Shown here one piece after another: positions 11,534 to 20,722 of a stretch of DNA of 64,000 nucleotides (position 1 is its first letter; each line of letters begins with the position of its first letter). The notes beneath the pieces were generated by a model, which worked only from the letters and a program-made list of their open reading frames with translations, was not told the origin of the DNA and searched no databases. Origin of the DNA: a bacterium (GTDB taxonomy: Bacteria; UBA8248; JACPRG01; G963555815); the NCBI GenBank assembly GCA_965261595.1, contig CBDHDG010000006.1, positions 1,753,419 to 1,817,418 on the forward strand, given 5' to 3'. Position numbers and translations under genes: made by a program.

Positions 11534-12793
11534 TGGAGTTGACCCGGTTTGGTGGACACCTGATGATTTGGGGGTAAAGGAGGTGTTCACGATGCCACAG
11601 ACTCACCCACGCTATCCAATGGAGTTCCGCTGCCAGATGGTAGAGTTGGTCCGGGCGGGACGCACGCCCGAGGCGCTGGCGCACGAGTTCGAGCCCTCGG
11701 CGCAGACGATCCGCACCTGGGCCCATCAAGCCGACGTTGACGAGGGGCGTCGCAAAGACGGGCTCACGAGCGATGAGCGGGAGGAGTTGCGCCGACTTCG
11801 CCGCGAGAACCGACAGCTCCGCCAGGAGCGGGAGATCTTAGCAAAAGCCGCGGCCTGGTTTGCTCGGGAGACCGATTCGATCCCGTCCGGATCTACGGGT
11901 TCGTGAGGGCGAACCAGGCCATGTATCGGACCGCCACGATGTGCCGGGTGCTGGGCGTCTCCTCCAGCGGCTACTACGCGTGGCGCAGGCGCGCGCCGTG
12001 TGCCCGCTCGTGTGCCGATCGGGCGCTCACCAAACGCATTCAGGCGATCCACGAGCGTTCTCGGGGGACTTACGGCGTGCCGCGCGTCCATGCCGAGTTG
12101 GAGGCTGAGGGAGTGCGTGTGGGCCGCAAGCGCGTCGCCAGGCTGATGCGTGGGGCGGGACTTGCGGGCGTCAGTCGGCGCAAGGGAGCGCGCACGACGC
12201 AGCACCGGCAGGAGGCGCGGCCGGCCCCTGATCTGGTGGACCGCAACTTCACGGCCGAGGCCCCCGACCGGCTGTGGGTGGCCGACATCACCTACGTTCC
12301 GACATGGGCGGGGTTTTTGTATCTGGCCGTGGCGCTCGATGCGTTCAGCCGGCGCATCGTGGGGTGGTCGATGGCCACACACCTGCGGGCCGAGTTGGTG
12401 CTCGACGCGCTCGACATGGCGCTGTATAAGCGCCGTCCCCGGGCCGTCATCCACCGCTCCGACCAGGGCACGCAGTACACCTCGGTCGCCTTTGGGCAGC
12501 GCTGCCGGCAGGCGGGCGTGCGTCCCTCCATGGGTTCGGTCGGGGACTGCTACGACAACGCGCTGTGTGAGAGCTTTTTCGCCACGCTGGAGTGCGAGCT
12601 CCTCGCTCGCCGCAGTTTCCGCACCCGGGCCGAGGCGCGCATGGAGGTGTTCGGGTTCATCGAGGGCTTCTACAACCCGCATCGTCGGCACTCCTCCATC
12701 GACAACCTGTCACCCGTTAACTACGAAAGGAGACAACAACGCACACCCTGAAAACCCAAGTGCTTAACTCTCCACGAAACCGGGGTAAGTCCA
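11534..12793 (+). mobile_element. IS3-family element (orfA 11592..11906, orfB 11903..12751)
   Basis: IRs TGGAGTTGACCCGGTTT / TGGACTTACCCCGGTTT; WVADITY, SDQGTQY, DNALCESFF; no target duplication. Confidence 0.92.
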
Positions 12794-13415
12794 GTGGAGT
12801 CACTCATACGTTACCTCCTTTATTCTTCCCAATAGCAAGAAAGATATGAGTGACAATCTTGTCTTTTGGCTCACATATGGACATGAGGGTAAAGGTTGTT
12901 CGTTGTCACTAACTGTTCCGCGTAGTCAATTACAGAAAGTCCTTTACGGCCCTAAGAAGGTGAAATCCACTGCGAATGCACTGAGGTCTATCTTGGATTT
13001 ATTAGGTCAGTTAGTAAAAATCGAGAATCGATCAATACGGGGGAGTATCCAGAACAAATTGGCGGAGACCGTTTGGAAATCTCTGGAAAGAATCCGCTAC
13101 TTGTATAAGAGTGAAGCATGCGAATATGAGAACGAATGCCGTTTTGTTGTTGCTGAATCAGATATTTCCGAGAAGGATAACATCCGTTTTGAAGATCAGG
13201 GTCGAAACAATTCTCCTGCGCGCCTAAGACATTATTACGAGCACGAGACTCTTGAGATTAAGAAACTGTTGGGCACTAATAGTTCAATCACACTTGGCCC
13301 TTCTGTCTCTAATTACTACAATATACACTATTACATCCAAACGCTACTGGACAAAGCAGATTTGTCGTTCAATCCGACAATCAAAAAATCCTCAATATCC
13401 TTTCGAAAATCTTGA
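12794..13415 (+). pseudogene. DUF2971-like protein, C-terminal part
   Basis: SYVTSFI...DNLVFWLTYG..GCSL...VLYG...RYLYKS...EYENECR...ITLGP; the frame begins at the IS end. Confidence 0.7.
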
Positions 13416-14853
13416 CGGCTCGTTGCCACGTCAAGCGCCATACCGGCGTTCTTTCTTCGATCTTTTTCGCCCTTATCAAATAGGACGGATTTTCCGCATC
13501 ACCCTGCGCGCGGCGCTCACGAAAAGAACAGTTCGGGTGACACGCATCGTTGATAATGCGCGTTTCAGCGGTGACAAACTGGTAATCCTGTTGCCGCACC
13601 AGCGGCCACCAATCGGCGGCGATCAGGTAGCGGAGCATCAAATTGACCTCCATTCCGGCAACGCCCAAGCTGAACGGAAAAACATTCTGGTTGCCGACCC
13701 GCTCTTCAGGAGGCAAATTACTGATGTAAGACGGATCGTCGAGTGACCCGTCCAATTCCATTACCACCATGCTCGAATTGTATTGCCCGTTGCAACGCAG
13801 GCATTGATGATAAGGCGTGACGATGTGCGCACGCCAATGCGCCGAAAGCAGGCGATCCTGCCGTCTGTCGGTTTCCATGGCGATTCCCCCGTCAATGACC
13901 GGAATCAAATGCGCCTGTGCGATGTAATTTAAGACATCCCGGGGAACCGGGCGGTCAACACAGCTGAAAAGAATATCGCAATCCAGCGCGGCTTTATAAG
14001 CCGCTTCGTCGTGAACCGAATCCGGCAAGGCGGTTATTTGAATTTCGTTGGCGGTGGCATTGCGTCGCATCACTCGCGCGGCCAAATCAACCTTCAATCT
14101 GCCGATGTCTTTCGCCGTTCCATAAAGCAAACGGTCGAGGTTGTGCTCTTCGACTTTATCGGGGTCGATCAGCGAGACTTGCACGATGCCGATTCGAGCA
14201 ATGGCCTCGGCGACGATGCAACCGACGCTACCAAGTCCAACAATGCCAACTGTCAAACGCGCGATTGAATTTTGTGCCTCGTGTCCCCACGTGTCGAAAG
14301 TGCGCTTAAGAACCTCTTTACGCAGCGGTGGTGGCGCAATGTCGTCATCAAAGTAAATTTTGTAGGACTGCGGCCCAACGACGCGGACTTTCCCGCACGG
14401 ATGATGGCGCATTTGCCCGCCGTCTCTTTCCCAAAACCGTGCGCTCCAATAGCCGTCGCTACCGATTGTCAAACCCACCAACGGCAAGCCTGTGGCCCCC
14501 GCCGGATACGCCAGAACATCCCGCTCTGCTTCGACATCGGCACCGCTCATTCCCTGCCATCCAGGACCCGGATGACTATGCATGAAGGCCAAACCCGCTT
14601 TTTTTTTGCACGCGACCTTTACCGCCCGCGCGAGGTAATCGGGTTCGAAGCTGGCGTTCCCGTGAAGGGTTCGCTCGTCGTTTTTCGGCAAGATGATTTC
14701 ATCGATTAAGGCGGTGCGACGCGATTGCCCCGTAGACGGACGCCACAAAGCGAAGCAAAGATCTTCCTGGTATTTGTCGCGCCGATAATGCCGTAACAAA
14801 TGCCCGCTGGAGGTCGAATCCGCTTCCGAGGTAAGAACGACCTCGTAACTCAT
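13381..14853 (-). CDS. JAB-like peptidase - ThiF/E1 fusion (BubCD-like)
   Basis: N-terminal QEDLCF...FMHSHP...SGAD; C-terminal GLGSVG, DPDKVEEHNLDR, CVD, CLRC. Confidence 0.88.
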   Translation of the reverse strand: MSYEVVLTSEADSTSSGHLLRHYRRDKYQEDLCFALWRPSTGQSRRTALIDEIILPKNDERTLHGNASFEPDYLARAVKVACKKKAGLAFMHSHPGPGWQGMSGADVEAERDVLAYPAGATGLPLVGLTIGSDGYWSARFWERDGGQMRHHPCGKVRVVGPQSYKIYFDDDIAPPPLRKEVLKRTFDTWGHEAQNSIARLTVGIVGLGSVGCIVAEAIARIGIVQVSLIDPDKVEEHNLDRLLYGTAKDIGRLKVDLAARVMRRNATANEIQITALPDSVHDEAAYKAALDCDILFSCVDRPVPRDVLNYIAQAHLIPVIDGGIAMETDRRQDRLLSAHWRAHIVTPYHQCLRCNGQYNSSMVVMELDGSLDDPSYISNLPPEERVGNQNVFPFSLGVAGMEVNLMLRYLIAADWWPLVRQQDYQFVTAETRIINDACHPNCSFRERRAQGDAENPSYLIRAKKIEERTPVWRLTWQRAVKIFERILRIF

Positions 14854-15227
14854 ATATCATTCCAAAATCGGCGCAGATGCTCGTTAAGGTAACCCATCAT
14901 GTGCTTTGTCGGCAACTGATCCCAGAGTTCGCCCGGAGGCCTACTCATTGCAAACCATTCTCGTCCACTCTCATCGGAATATTTTCCAACCGAGCCACCT
15001 CTCCCGTCGTCAATCGGAGGTGTCAAATGAATCCAATGGGGGGGATATTCAGGATACGGTTCACTTCCTTGCATGCTGATGCCCAGCGTGACTTGTTTGC
15101 CTTTGTAGGAACCGGTCTCGATTGTGTAAGGAAAAGAAACCACTTTCCCTTGCGGGCTATCGGACAAGCATGTTTCATAACCCAGTTCTTCCAATTCAGC
15201 TTTTATCCGGTCGATGTTGTCGGACAT
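14850..15227 (-). CDS. Prokaryotic E2/UBC-fold protein (BubB-like)
   Basis: YPEYPPHWIHL and WFAMSRPP...W motifs; ATGA overlap with the E1 gene; position between Ubl and E1. Confidence 0.72.
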   Translation of the reverse strand: MSDNIDRIKAELEELGYETCLSDSPQGKVVSFPYTIETGSYKGKQVTLGISMQGSEPYPEYPPHWIHLTPPIDDGRGGSVGKYSDESGREWFAMSRPPGELWDQLPTKHMMGYLNEHLRRFWNDI

Positions 15228-15238
15228 CTCGGAAAGGG

Positions 15239-15469
15239 TTACGCCACCGGCGTGGGTTTGTTTGGAATCGCGATGAACAAATTGTCTTCCTCCAGATTGA
15301 CGCGGTCGTCTCCTTTATACTTGCCCTTATCGCCCTGCAGGATGTAATCCTCCGGATTTCCAGGAATCGCTCCCTTTTCTTTGGCCAGTTCCAGAATATC
15401 TTTCGCCAAGAGAGACTGGTGATCAGTATGGATTTCGACACCGTTTATCTTGAATGAAAAATCAGCCAT
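15239..15469 (-). CDS. Ubiquitin-like (multi-ubiquitin domain) protein, 76 aa (BubA-like)
   Basis: FSFKING...LLAKDILELA...DYIL...DDRVNL...F beta-grasp pattern; AGGAGG RBS; heads the E2/E1 operon. Confidence 0.78.
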   Translation of the reverse strand: MADFSFKINGVEIHTDHQSLLAKDILELAKEKGAIPGNPEDYILQGDKGKYKGDDRVNLEEDNLFIAIPNKPTPVA

Positions 15470-15515
15470 TTTGCTACCTCCTGACGATGGTATTAATCAG
15501 TGTCCTGTCTTCTAC

Positions 15516-15579
15516 TAAGGCATAGGAAAATTTAACGTTCCTATCTGCCTTATATAGTCCGTGTCACTGAGCACGTCAA
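15516..15579 (-). promoter_or_regulatory. Putative promoter and inverted repeat upstream of the Ubl operon
   Basis: Minus strand TTGACG-17-TATATA; IR TAAGGCATAGGAA...TTCCTATCTGCCTTA at 15516-15552. Confidence 0.4.
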
Positions 15580-15617
15580 AGATGGGTGTGCCACAGAAGC
15601 GAGCTGACGGACAAACT

Positions 15618-16985
15618 TCAATCAGCGCAATCATCAACTATCTCCATTGCGGAAGATCCAACCGCCTTGTCCGATTCGTCCGATAGATTGGCCTGGGCCT
15701 CGCGCACGTCGAGCTTGCCGGTGACGACATCGGCGATGAGGCGGGTGCGGTATTCGCGGAGAAGTTCGATTTGACGGCGGGCGCGGTCAACGGCGGCGTC
15801 GATGTCGGCGGTGGCCTTGTCGAGATAAGCGACAATGTCGATTTGTTCGGGGAGGGGTGGCGAAGAAAATACCACCCTTTTAAGGTGTGGCCAGTAGAGA
15901 TTTCGTTGAATGGAACCAACACCCCGTGAGCAGAGGAGGTATTGAGTCACCATTACTCGATCTTGAAAAAGCAGATTTGCGAAGTCTGGATGAAGTTTGG
16001 GATTCAGCGAAAGCACGATATAAGCCGGGCTAACGATCCCGGAATGGTTGGATACTCCAACAGAGCCACGCCATGCTTGCTGGTTGTTCAGAACGAAATC
16101 ACCGGGGTCAACGGCTTGGTATTTCGACAGATCTTCACTCGTCACGTTTGTACGCTTTTCTTCTGCCTCAAAAAAGCGGATGACACCCCGACCTAAATAT
16201 ACTGATAGTAGTTCCCGGTGCTGTTGGCCTGTAATGGACTTAGGGGTACCAATAGCACAAAGCGGTAAAGTCTCCCAATGCTCTGGCACGTCTCCCAGCC
16301 ACTCCACGCCAGAGGATTTGTACGCCGGGTAGGGTTGGCCGGTTAGGACATCAATCCGGCCCGTGACGGCGCGGTGAATGACGGCCTGCTTCTGCTCCTC
16401 CAGCAGCTTGATCAGCTTCTGCTTGGCGCGGATGCAGCGCCGGATGCGCCGGTCGGCGTGGTCCAGGTAGCGGACAATGGCGGCTTGTTCGGGGAGGGGT
16501 GGGAGAATGGACGGGTGGTTTCCTACATCCCCCACGCTGACGGCCTCGTACGTCGAGCCAGTAGCGACCATGTTTAAACCACGTCCAAGTACTTCAAGTT
16601 GATATTGAGCAAGTCCTGCATGTAAAACTTCATTGTTAGGGAGAATGGCGCAAAGTCCGCGACCAATGCCATATTCTTGATTCGCTATATTCAGCCGACC
16701 AACTGGTGCGCGGACCGACATAAGAATTGCGCCCGGAGGACTGATTTTCGATAGGGTGCGACAGAATTGTATAGGTTTTGGGTGAAGTGTCCCGAATTCC
16801 GCGCAGCCTTGTAGGAAGGGTGGGCCTATTGGAACATCGCTACAGTCGTCGGAGGGAGGAGACTGGCCAATGATTAAGGTCGCCGAGTGCTTCAAACGCC
16901 GCACCTCCCAATGCTCTGGCACATCGCCGAGCCACTCAACGCCGGAGTCTTTGTAAGCTGGATAAGGTTCAAAAGGGTATATCAT
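15618..16985 (-). CDS. hsdS: Type I RM specificity subunit
   Basis: Two PYPAYKxSGVEWLGDVPEHWE repeats, two PPLPEQ motifs, LIADVVTGKLDV. Confidence 0.95.
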   Translation of the reverse strand: MIYPFEPYPAYKDSGVEWLGDVPEHWEVRRLKHSATLIIGQSPPSDDCSDVPIGPPFLQGCAEFGTLHPKPIQFCRTLSKISPPGAILMSVRAPVGRLNIANQEYGIGRGLCAILPNNEVLHAGLAQYQLEVLGRGLNMVATGSTYEAVSVGDVGNHPSILPPLPEQAAIVRYLDHADRRIRRCIRAKQKLIKLLEEQKQAVIHRAVTGRIDVLTGQPYPAYKSSGVEWLGDVPEHWETLPLCAIGTPKSITGQQHRELLSVYLGRGVIRFFEAEEKRTNVTSEDLSKYQAVDPGDFVLNNQQAWRGSVGVSNHSGIVSPAYIVLSLNPKLHPDFANLLFQDRVMVTQYLLCSRGVGSIQRNLYWPHLKRVVFSSPPLPEQIDIVAYLDKATADIDAAVDRARRQIELLREYRTRLIADVVTGKLDVREAQANLSDESDKAVGSSAMEIVDDCAD

Positions 16986-19167
16986 TGTTCAGTTCATTTA
17001 TACTATTTTTGTCAATTGAATCGCTCCGACTCTCCGCTCCGGTATTTACCTCTTCTTTCTCGCTATTCTGAACTCCTCCTTGCCAATCTTCTGCGATAGT
17101 ATTCCAGTCAATTTTGCGTTTCTCTTCTCCCGTCCAGACATTCCAAAACTCTGGATCGTCGGAACGGGGCTGTTGCTGCTTGGGCAGGTCGTTCATCTTC
17201 ACCAGGACTGGTAGTTCCGATGCCCAGCCGAGCAGAATCGCACTCTGAGAGGGAAGCGAAGGTAGCTCGCGGAGGAGCCCTCTTAGGTTGTCAGGGACAA
17301 GCCTGTGGACGATCTCTTGGTCACGATCATTACTAATTCGGTGGAGGAGAAACGTATTGCACTGAGACAGAACCGTTGGAGAAAGATCGGACGGCCGCTG
17401 AGACGACAGAACCAGCCCCAGCCCGAACTTCCTCCCTTCGCGTGCAATACGCTCGAACACCTGACAGCAGACGGTTGCCGCGTCCATATTCTCTATATCG
17501 TCCTTGTAGCGTTTGATGAATGTGTGCGCCTCCTCCATCACCAGGACGGTAGGGAGCACGGTATTATTCAGCTTGACGAAACGCTGAAGCGCTTCGAAGA
17601 CCATGCGGGCTATCACCGCCGTGACGACATGAACAACATCGGTTGGCACTAGAGACAGGTCGATCACCGACACGCATCCGCCCTTGGCGTCATCGTCTCC
17701 GATATAGTCCTTAAGCCACTGATCGAGAGTAATACCACCGGTATCGTTGATAATCGCCCTCATCTTCGGATCTGACAAAAATGTACGGATGCGGACAATC
17801 AGAAAGTCTAGATACTGATTTACATTTTCCTGGTTCGCCAGAATCTCAAGATGGTCCGCAAGGTCCGTTCCCCTGAACGGAAGTGGGACGTCTTCGCTAA
17901 GTCCTTCATGGTAGATGATGCCCCCGAGGCTTTCGATGGCCTCCTGTAAAGCATCAATAATCGTCTTGACTTGATCTTCCGTGAAGGCGCGATAGTACTC
18001 TATAGGTTCCCCATTCTTCTCAAAGCTCTTGTAATTTGCTTTCAGCGCTTGGTTGATAGCGTCTTTCACTTCCTGTAGGTGACTGCTCGGAAATTCGGCG
18101 ATCTTTGCATCTAAATCGCTTTCGATGGCACTCAGGCGAAAGCCGAACTTGCTTTCGTCTGTCTTAATCGCTCCGGAACTCAAGTCGCGGCGGATCAAGA
18201 TCAGGTAAGAAGAGAGAGCCCTGCGTAGGGTGAGCTTTTTTTCCTCCTCGGTCGGTTCAGCGGCTCCTGTATGCCCAGCCTTGATTTCACGTAACGCGCG
18301 CCTGAGCAACGGCCGCTGCGTTCGTGCGCTTGCCTGTGTGAACGAACACCACTCGGCACTGTTCCAGAACCATAGCGGCACCTTCAGCGCAGTCTTGCTG
18401 TCAGCAGAACCCACTTTGAAAACTCGCGCCTGAACCGTGGAGTCACCGTCGCCAAAGGCCCTTGAATACTCACCATTGGGGTCCAGAACGATAAACCTTG
18501 CGTTGGGGTAGCCCATGTGGCCTTGTTCAGGACTCTGGGCATTGGAGAGATCCACACGGCCCTTTTGGGCCTGTTCAAGGCTCCAGCGGATCAGCCCGGC
18601 AACAGAGCAGGACTTGCCACTGCCGGTATTTCCGAGGACGGCCAGATGGCGCCCGAACAATCGATTCGGATCAACGCACACCTCCGCGTCGCCGGCAATG
18701 GGACTCGACCCGATTTTGACTCGCCTTTGTTCACCGGACTCGACGATCGATCGGAGCTGGGTCTCCGTCGGCAGCACCACGGTCGCGCCAACTGATGGCA
18801 ATGCATCTGCACCTCGTCTGAAGACAAAGCACCCATCTGCCCCCTCTCGGAGCATGCCTAGCGGGTTGAGGCGCAGCCTGCGAAGTGGGTAGGGCAAATC
18901 CACGAGGCCGAAATCCTGCATCCCGCGCCGCTTCGGGAACGCGGATCGTTCGACCGTCAACCACTCAATCTGGCCAGCCAGGAACCCTTCATCGACCGGA
19001 ATCAAGAGATAACCGTTGACCCGAGGAAACGGTCTGGGCGCACCGGCATTGAGCGCAACCGATTCGGGCGCCTCAATATCGATGGCTACCTTGATCTCGT
19101 CCGGAGACACAAAGTCCACCGTGCCAATCCGTAGACTACCGGTTTGCTCAAAGGGGGACTGGTTCAT
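16969..19167 (-). CDS. herA: HerA/DUF87 ATPase
   Basis: HLAVLGNTGSGKS, LDPNGEY, VMEEAH, AREGRKFG, SQRPS. Confidence 0.93.
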   Translation of the reverse strand: MNQSPFEQTGSLRIGTVDFVSPDEIKVAIDIEAPESVALNAGAPRPFPRVNGYLLIPVDEGFLAGQIEWLTVERSAFPKRRGMQDFGLVDLPYPLRRLRLNPLGMLREGADGCFVFRRGADALPSVGATVVLPTETQLRSIVESGEQRRVKIGSSPIAGDAEVCVDPNRLFGRHLAVLGNTGSGKSCSVAGLIRWSLEQAQKGRVDLSNAQSPEQGHMGYPNARFIVLDPNGEYSRAFGDGDSTVQARVFKVGSADSKTALKVPLWFWNSAEWCSFTQASARTQRPLLRRALREIKAGHTGAAEPTEEEKKLTLRRALSSYLILIRRDLSSGAIKTDESKFGFRLSAIESDLDAKIAEFPSSHLQEVKDAINQALKANYKSFEKNGEPIEYYRAFTEDQVKTIIDALQEAIESLGGIIYHEGLSEDVPLPFRGTDLADHLEILANQENVNQYLDFLIVRIRTFLSDPKMRAIINDTGGITLDQWLKDYIGDDDAKGGCVSVIDLSLVPTDVVHVVTAVIARMVFEALQRFVKLNNTVLPTVLVMEEAHTFIKRYKDDIENMDAATVCCQVFERIAREGRKFGLGLVLSSQRPSDLSPTVLSQCNTFLLHRISNDRDQEIVHRLVPDNLRGLLRELPSLPSQSAILLGWASELPVLVKMNDLPKQQQPRSDDPEFWNVWTGEEKRKIDWNTIAEDWQGGVQNSEKEEVNTGAESRSDSIDKNSINELNNDIPF

Positions 19168-20585
19168 GATGCCGACTCTTCTTGGTTCGGCGGGATGTCT
19201 CCTTGGGTGTCGCTGTCACCCTCTCTTGCATTCCACCGGGCCTTCAGTAGTTCCGCCATGCGGAAAGTCGTGCGGTCGATTGCCGGCTTCGGCAAGTAGT
19301 GGCCCACCAAGGCTTTAAGGTCGCCAAGGTGATCGCCGATCATCAGTGTGACCTGGGAGTTTCGGCCCAGTCTGTCGTATGTACGCATAATCCTGCCAAG
19401 GGGGTCGTCGTACGCGATAATCACGAGGTGCGCGGACGGGATTGTGAGCATGTCTTCGATCACTCGATTGATGTGCTCATCGCCAAAGCCGTAGCCGTAA
19501 CAAACCAAAGTGCTGTTAGGACGGCAGATCGCCGCAGCAAAGTCCCGAAACAGCTCGACGTATGGATAGGATGCGGTCTCCCGATCCTTGGCGGCATTCG
19601 GGTAGATCATGAGCCGAAGCGCATCCACGTTTTCGATCCCTGGAGCGGTCAGGTAGGGTGCCGCATCTTGCGCTCCGAACGGAAGCCCGATACGGCGAAT
19701 CGCCTCATCGCAGTCAACCCAGTCGACGGACCCGTGCAGCTTCGTGAAACGAGCCACGCCCTCCAGGTAGCGCGCCTCGCCGCGGATGCCGGGTGGGTTG
19801 TAGTGCAGATCGACATCAAGGCGTGACGCGCGGAACACCGGCGCCAGTGTTCCGACAAACCGGTCGATCATGCGTAATCCTGCCACATCGGCGCCCGCTT
19901 CAATGCACCGGTCGTAGTTCGTCGTAAAGAGATGCAAGCGTTCACGGGTGCCTGATCGGCTGGCGAAACTCATCAGAAAGCTGACGAGATAGTTGAAGGC
20001 CTCCTCACGTTTTTTGGGATCCGCTGAGGCAAGGTTGTGCTCCCCTTCCAAGAGTGAAGTTGTAAATGACTGGATTACTCTCGTCAGTCCTTCTCGTAAG
20101 GATGAAACTTGCGCATGACCGGAGGTTCCGCCTGCAATATCAGGCGGCGGGATAACCTCCAAGCCGCGGAGCAGCTCGTTCGCCACACGAACCTGATCCT
20201 CGAAATTTCCGCTCTCGCGCTGTGCGGCTTCAGCAACCCTCTCTGCTTCTGCCGAGATTTCATCATCGAAAATACCAAACTGGATGGATTGCATCCCCGG
20301 CAGCTCCTTGCCCTTCGCGATTCCATGGACGGCGTGGGTGAGACCCGAACCGATCAGCAAGGAAAGATGCTCGGATTGGACAAGTGCGGTCAGCCACGGC
20401 TCAATGCGGGATCGGAGCTTCTGCGGACTGAGGGGTTTGTCAGGCTTCGCCCAAGAGCACTTTGCGTCGGCTGACAACTGGAAGGATTCGTGCGGATCTG
20501 CCGATGATGAATCATGCTTCATCAACGACACCGGAACATGATCGTCTCGGGTCTTGAGTATCTGGCAGCTCTGTTTTGACGTCAT
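19164..20585 (-). CDS. SIR2-family NADase (Sir2-HerA system)
   Basis: LLIGSG, TTNYD, KLHGS, GYGFGDEHIN; ATGA overlap with herA. Confidence 0.92.
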   Translation of the reverse strand: MTSKQSCQILKTRDDHVPVSLMKHDSSSADPHESFQLSADAKCSWAKPDKPLSPQKLRSRIEPWLTALVQSEHLSLLIGSGLTHAVHGIAKGKELPGMQSIQFGIFDDEISAEAERVAEAAQRESGNFEDQVRVANELLRGLEVIPPPDIAGGTSGHAQVSSLREGLTRVIQSFTTSLLEGEHNLASADPKKREEAFNYLVSFLMSFASRSGTRERLHLFTTNYDRCIEAGADVAGLRMIDRFVGTLAPVFRASRLDVDLHYNPPGIRGEARYLEGVARFTKLHGSVDWVDCDEAIRRIGLPFGAQDAAPYLTAPGIENVDALRLMIYPNAAKDRETASYPYVELFRDFAAAICRPNSTLVCYGYGFGDEHINRVIEDMLTIPSAHLVIIAYDDPLGRIMRTYDRLGRNSQVTLMIGDHLGDLKALVGHYLPKPAIDRTTFRMAELLKARWNAREGDSDTQGDIPPNQEESAS

Positions 20586-20722
20586 GTGTTGCCTCCTCCC
20601 ATAACCTCCCCCAGAAGCCCCTCGGTCTCCTCCTCCAGCGCTAGAATATCGGCCCGGATCTCCTCCAGGGCCCGCATGGGCTTCGGCTTGCAGTCGGCGT
20701 AGGGTTTGAGATCAGCGATCAT
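20582..20722 (-). CDS. 46-aa chimeric ORF: HsdS-like N-terminus fused to an HsdM C-terminal tail
   Basis: MIADLKPYADC-KPKPMRALEEIRADILALEEETEGLLGEVMGGGNT; ATGA overlaps with both the fic stop and the sir2 start. Confidence 0.7.
   Translation of the reverse strand: MIADLKPYADCKPKPMRALEEIRADILALEEETEGLLGEVMGGGNT

Noticed and set aside
10515..11729. 404-aa ORF as an intact IS1380 transposase
   Set aside because: Its first ~65 aa are antisense IS3 sequence and it stops prematurely.
13381..15469. Sulfur-carrier (ThiS/MoaD-ThiF) or CBASS interpretation of the E1 operon
   Set aside because: No GG-terminated carrier, no biosynthetic genes and no CD-NTase; an E2-like gene is present instead.
16270..16975. 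Direct repeats inside hsdS as shufflon sites
   Set aside because: These are the normal conserved regions of HsdS; no silent TRDs or invertase are adjacent.
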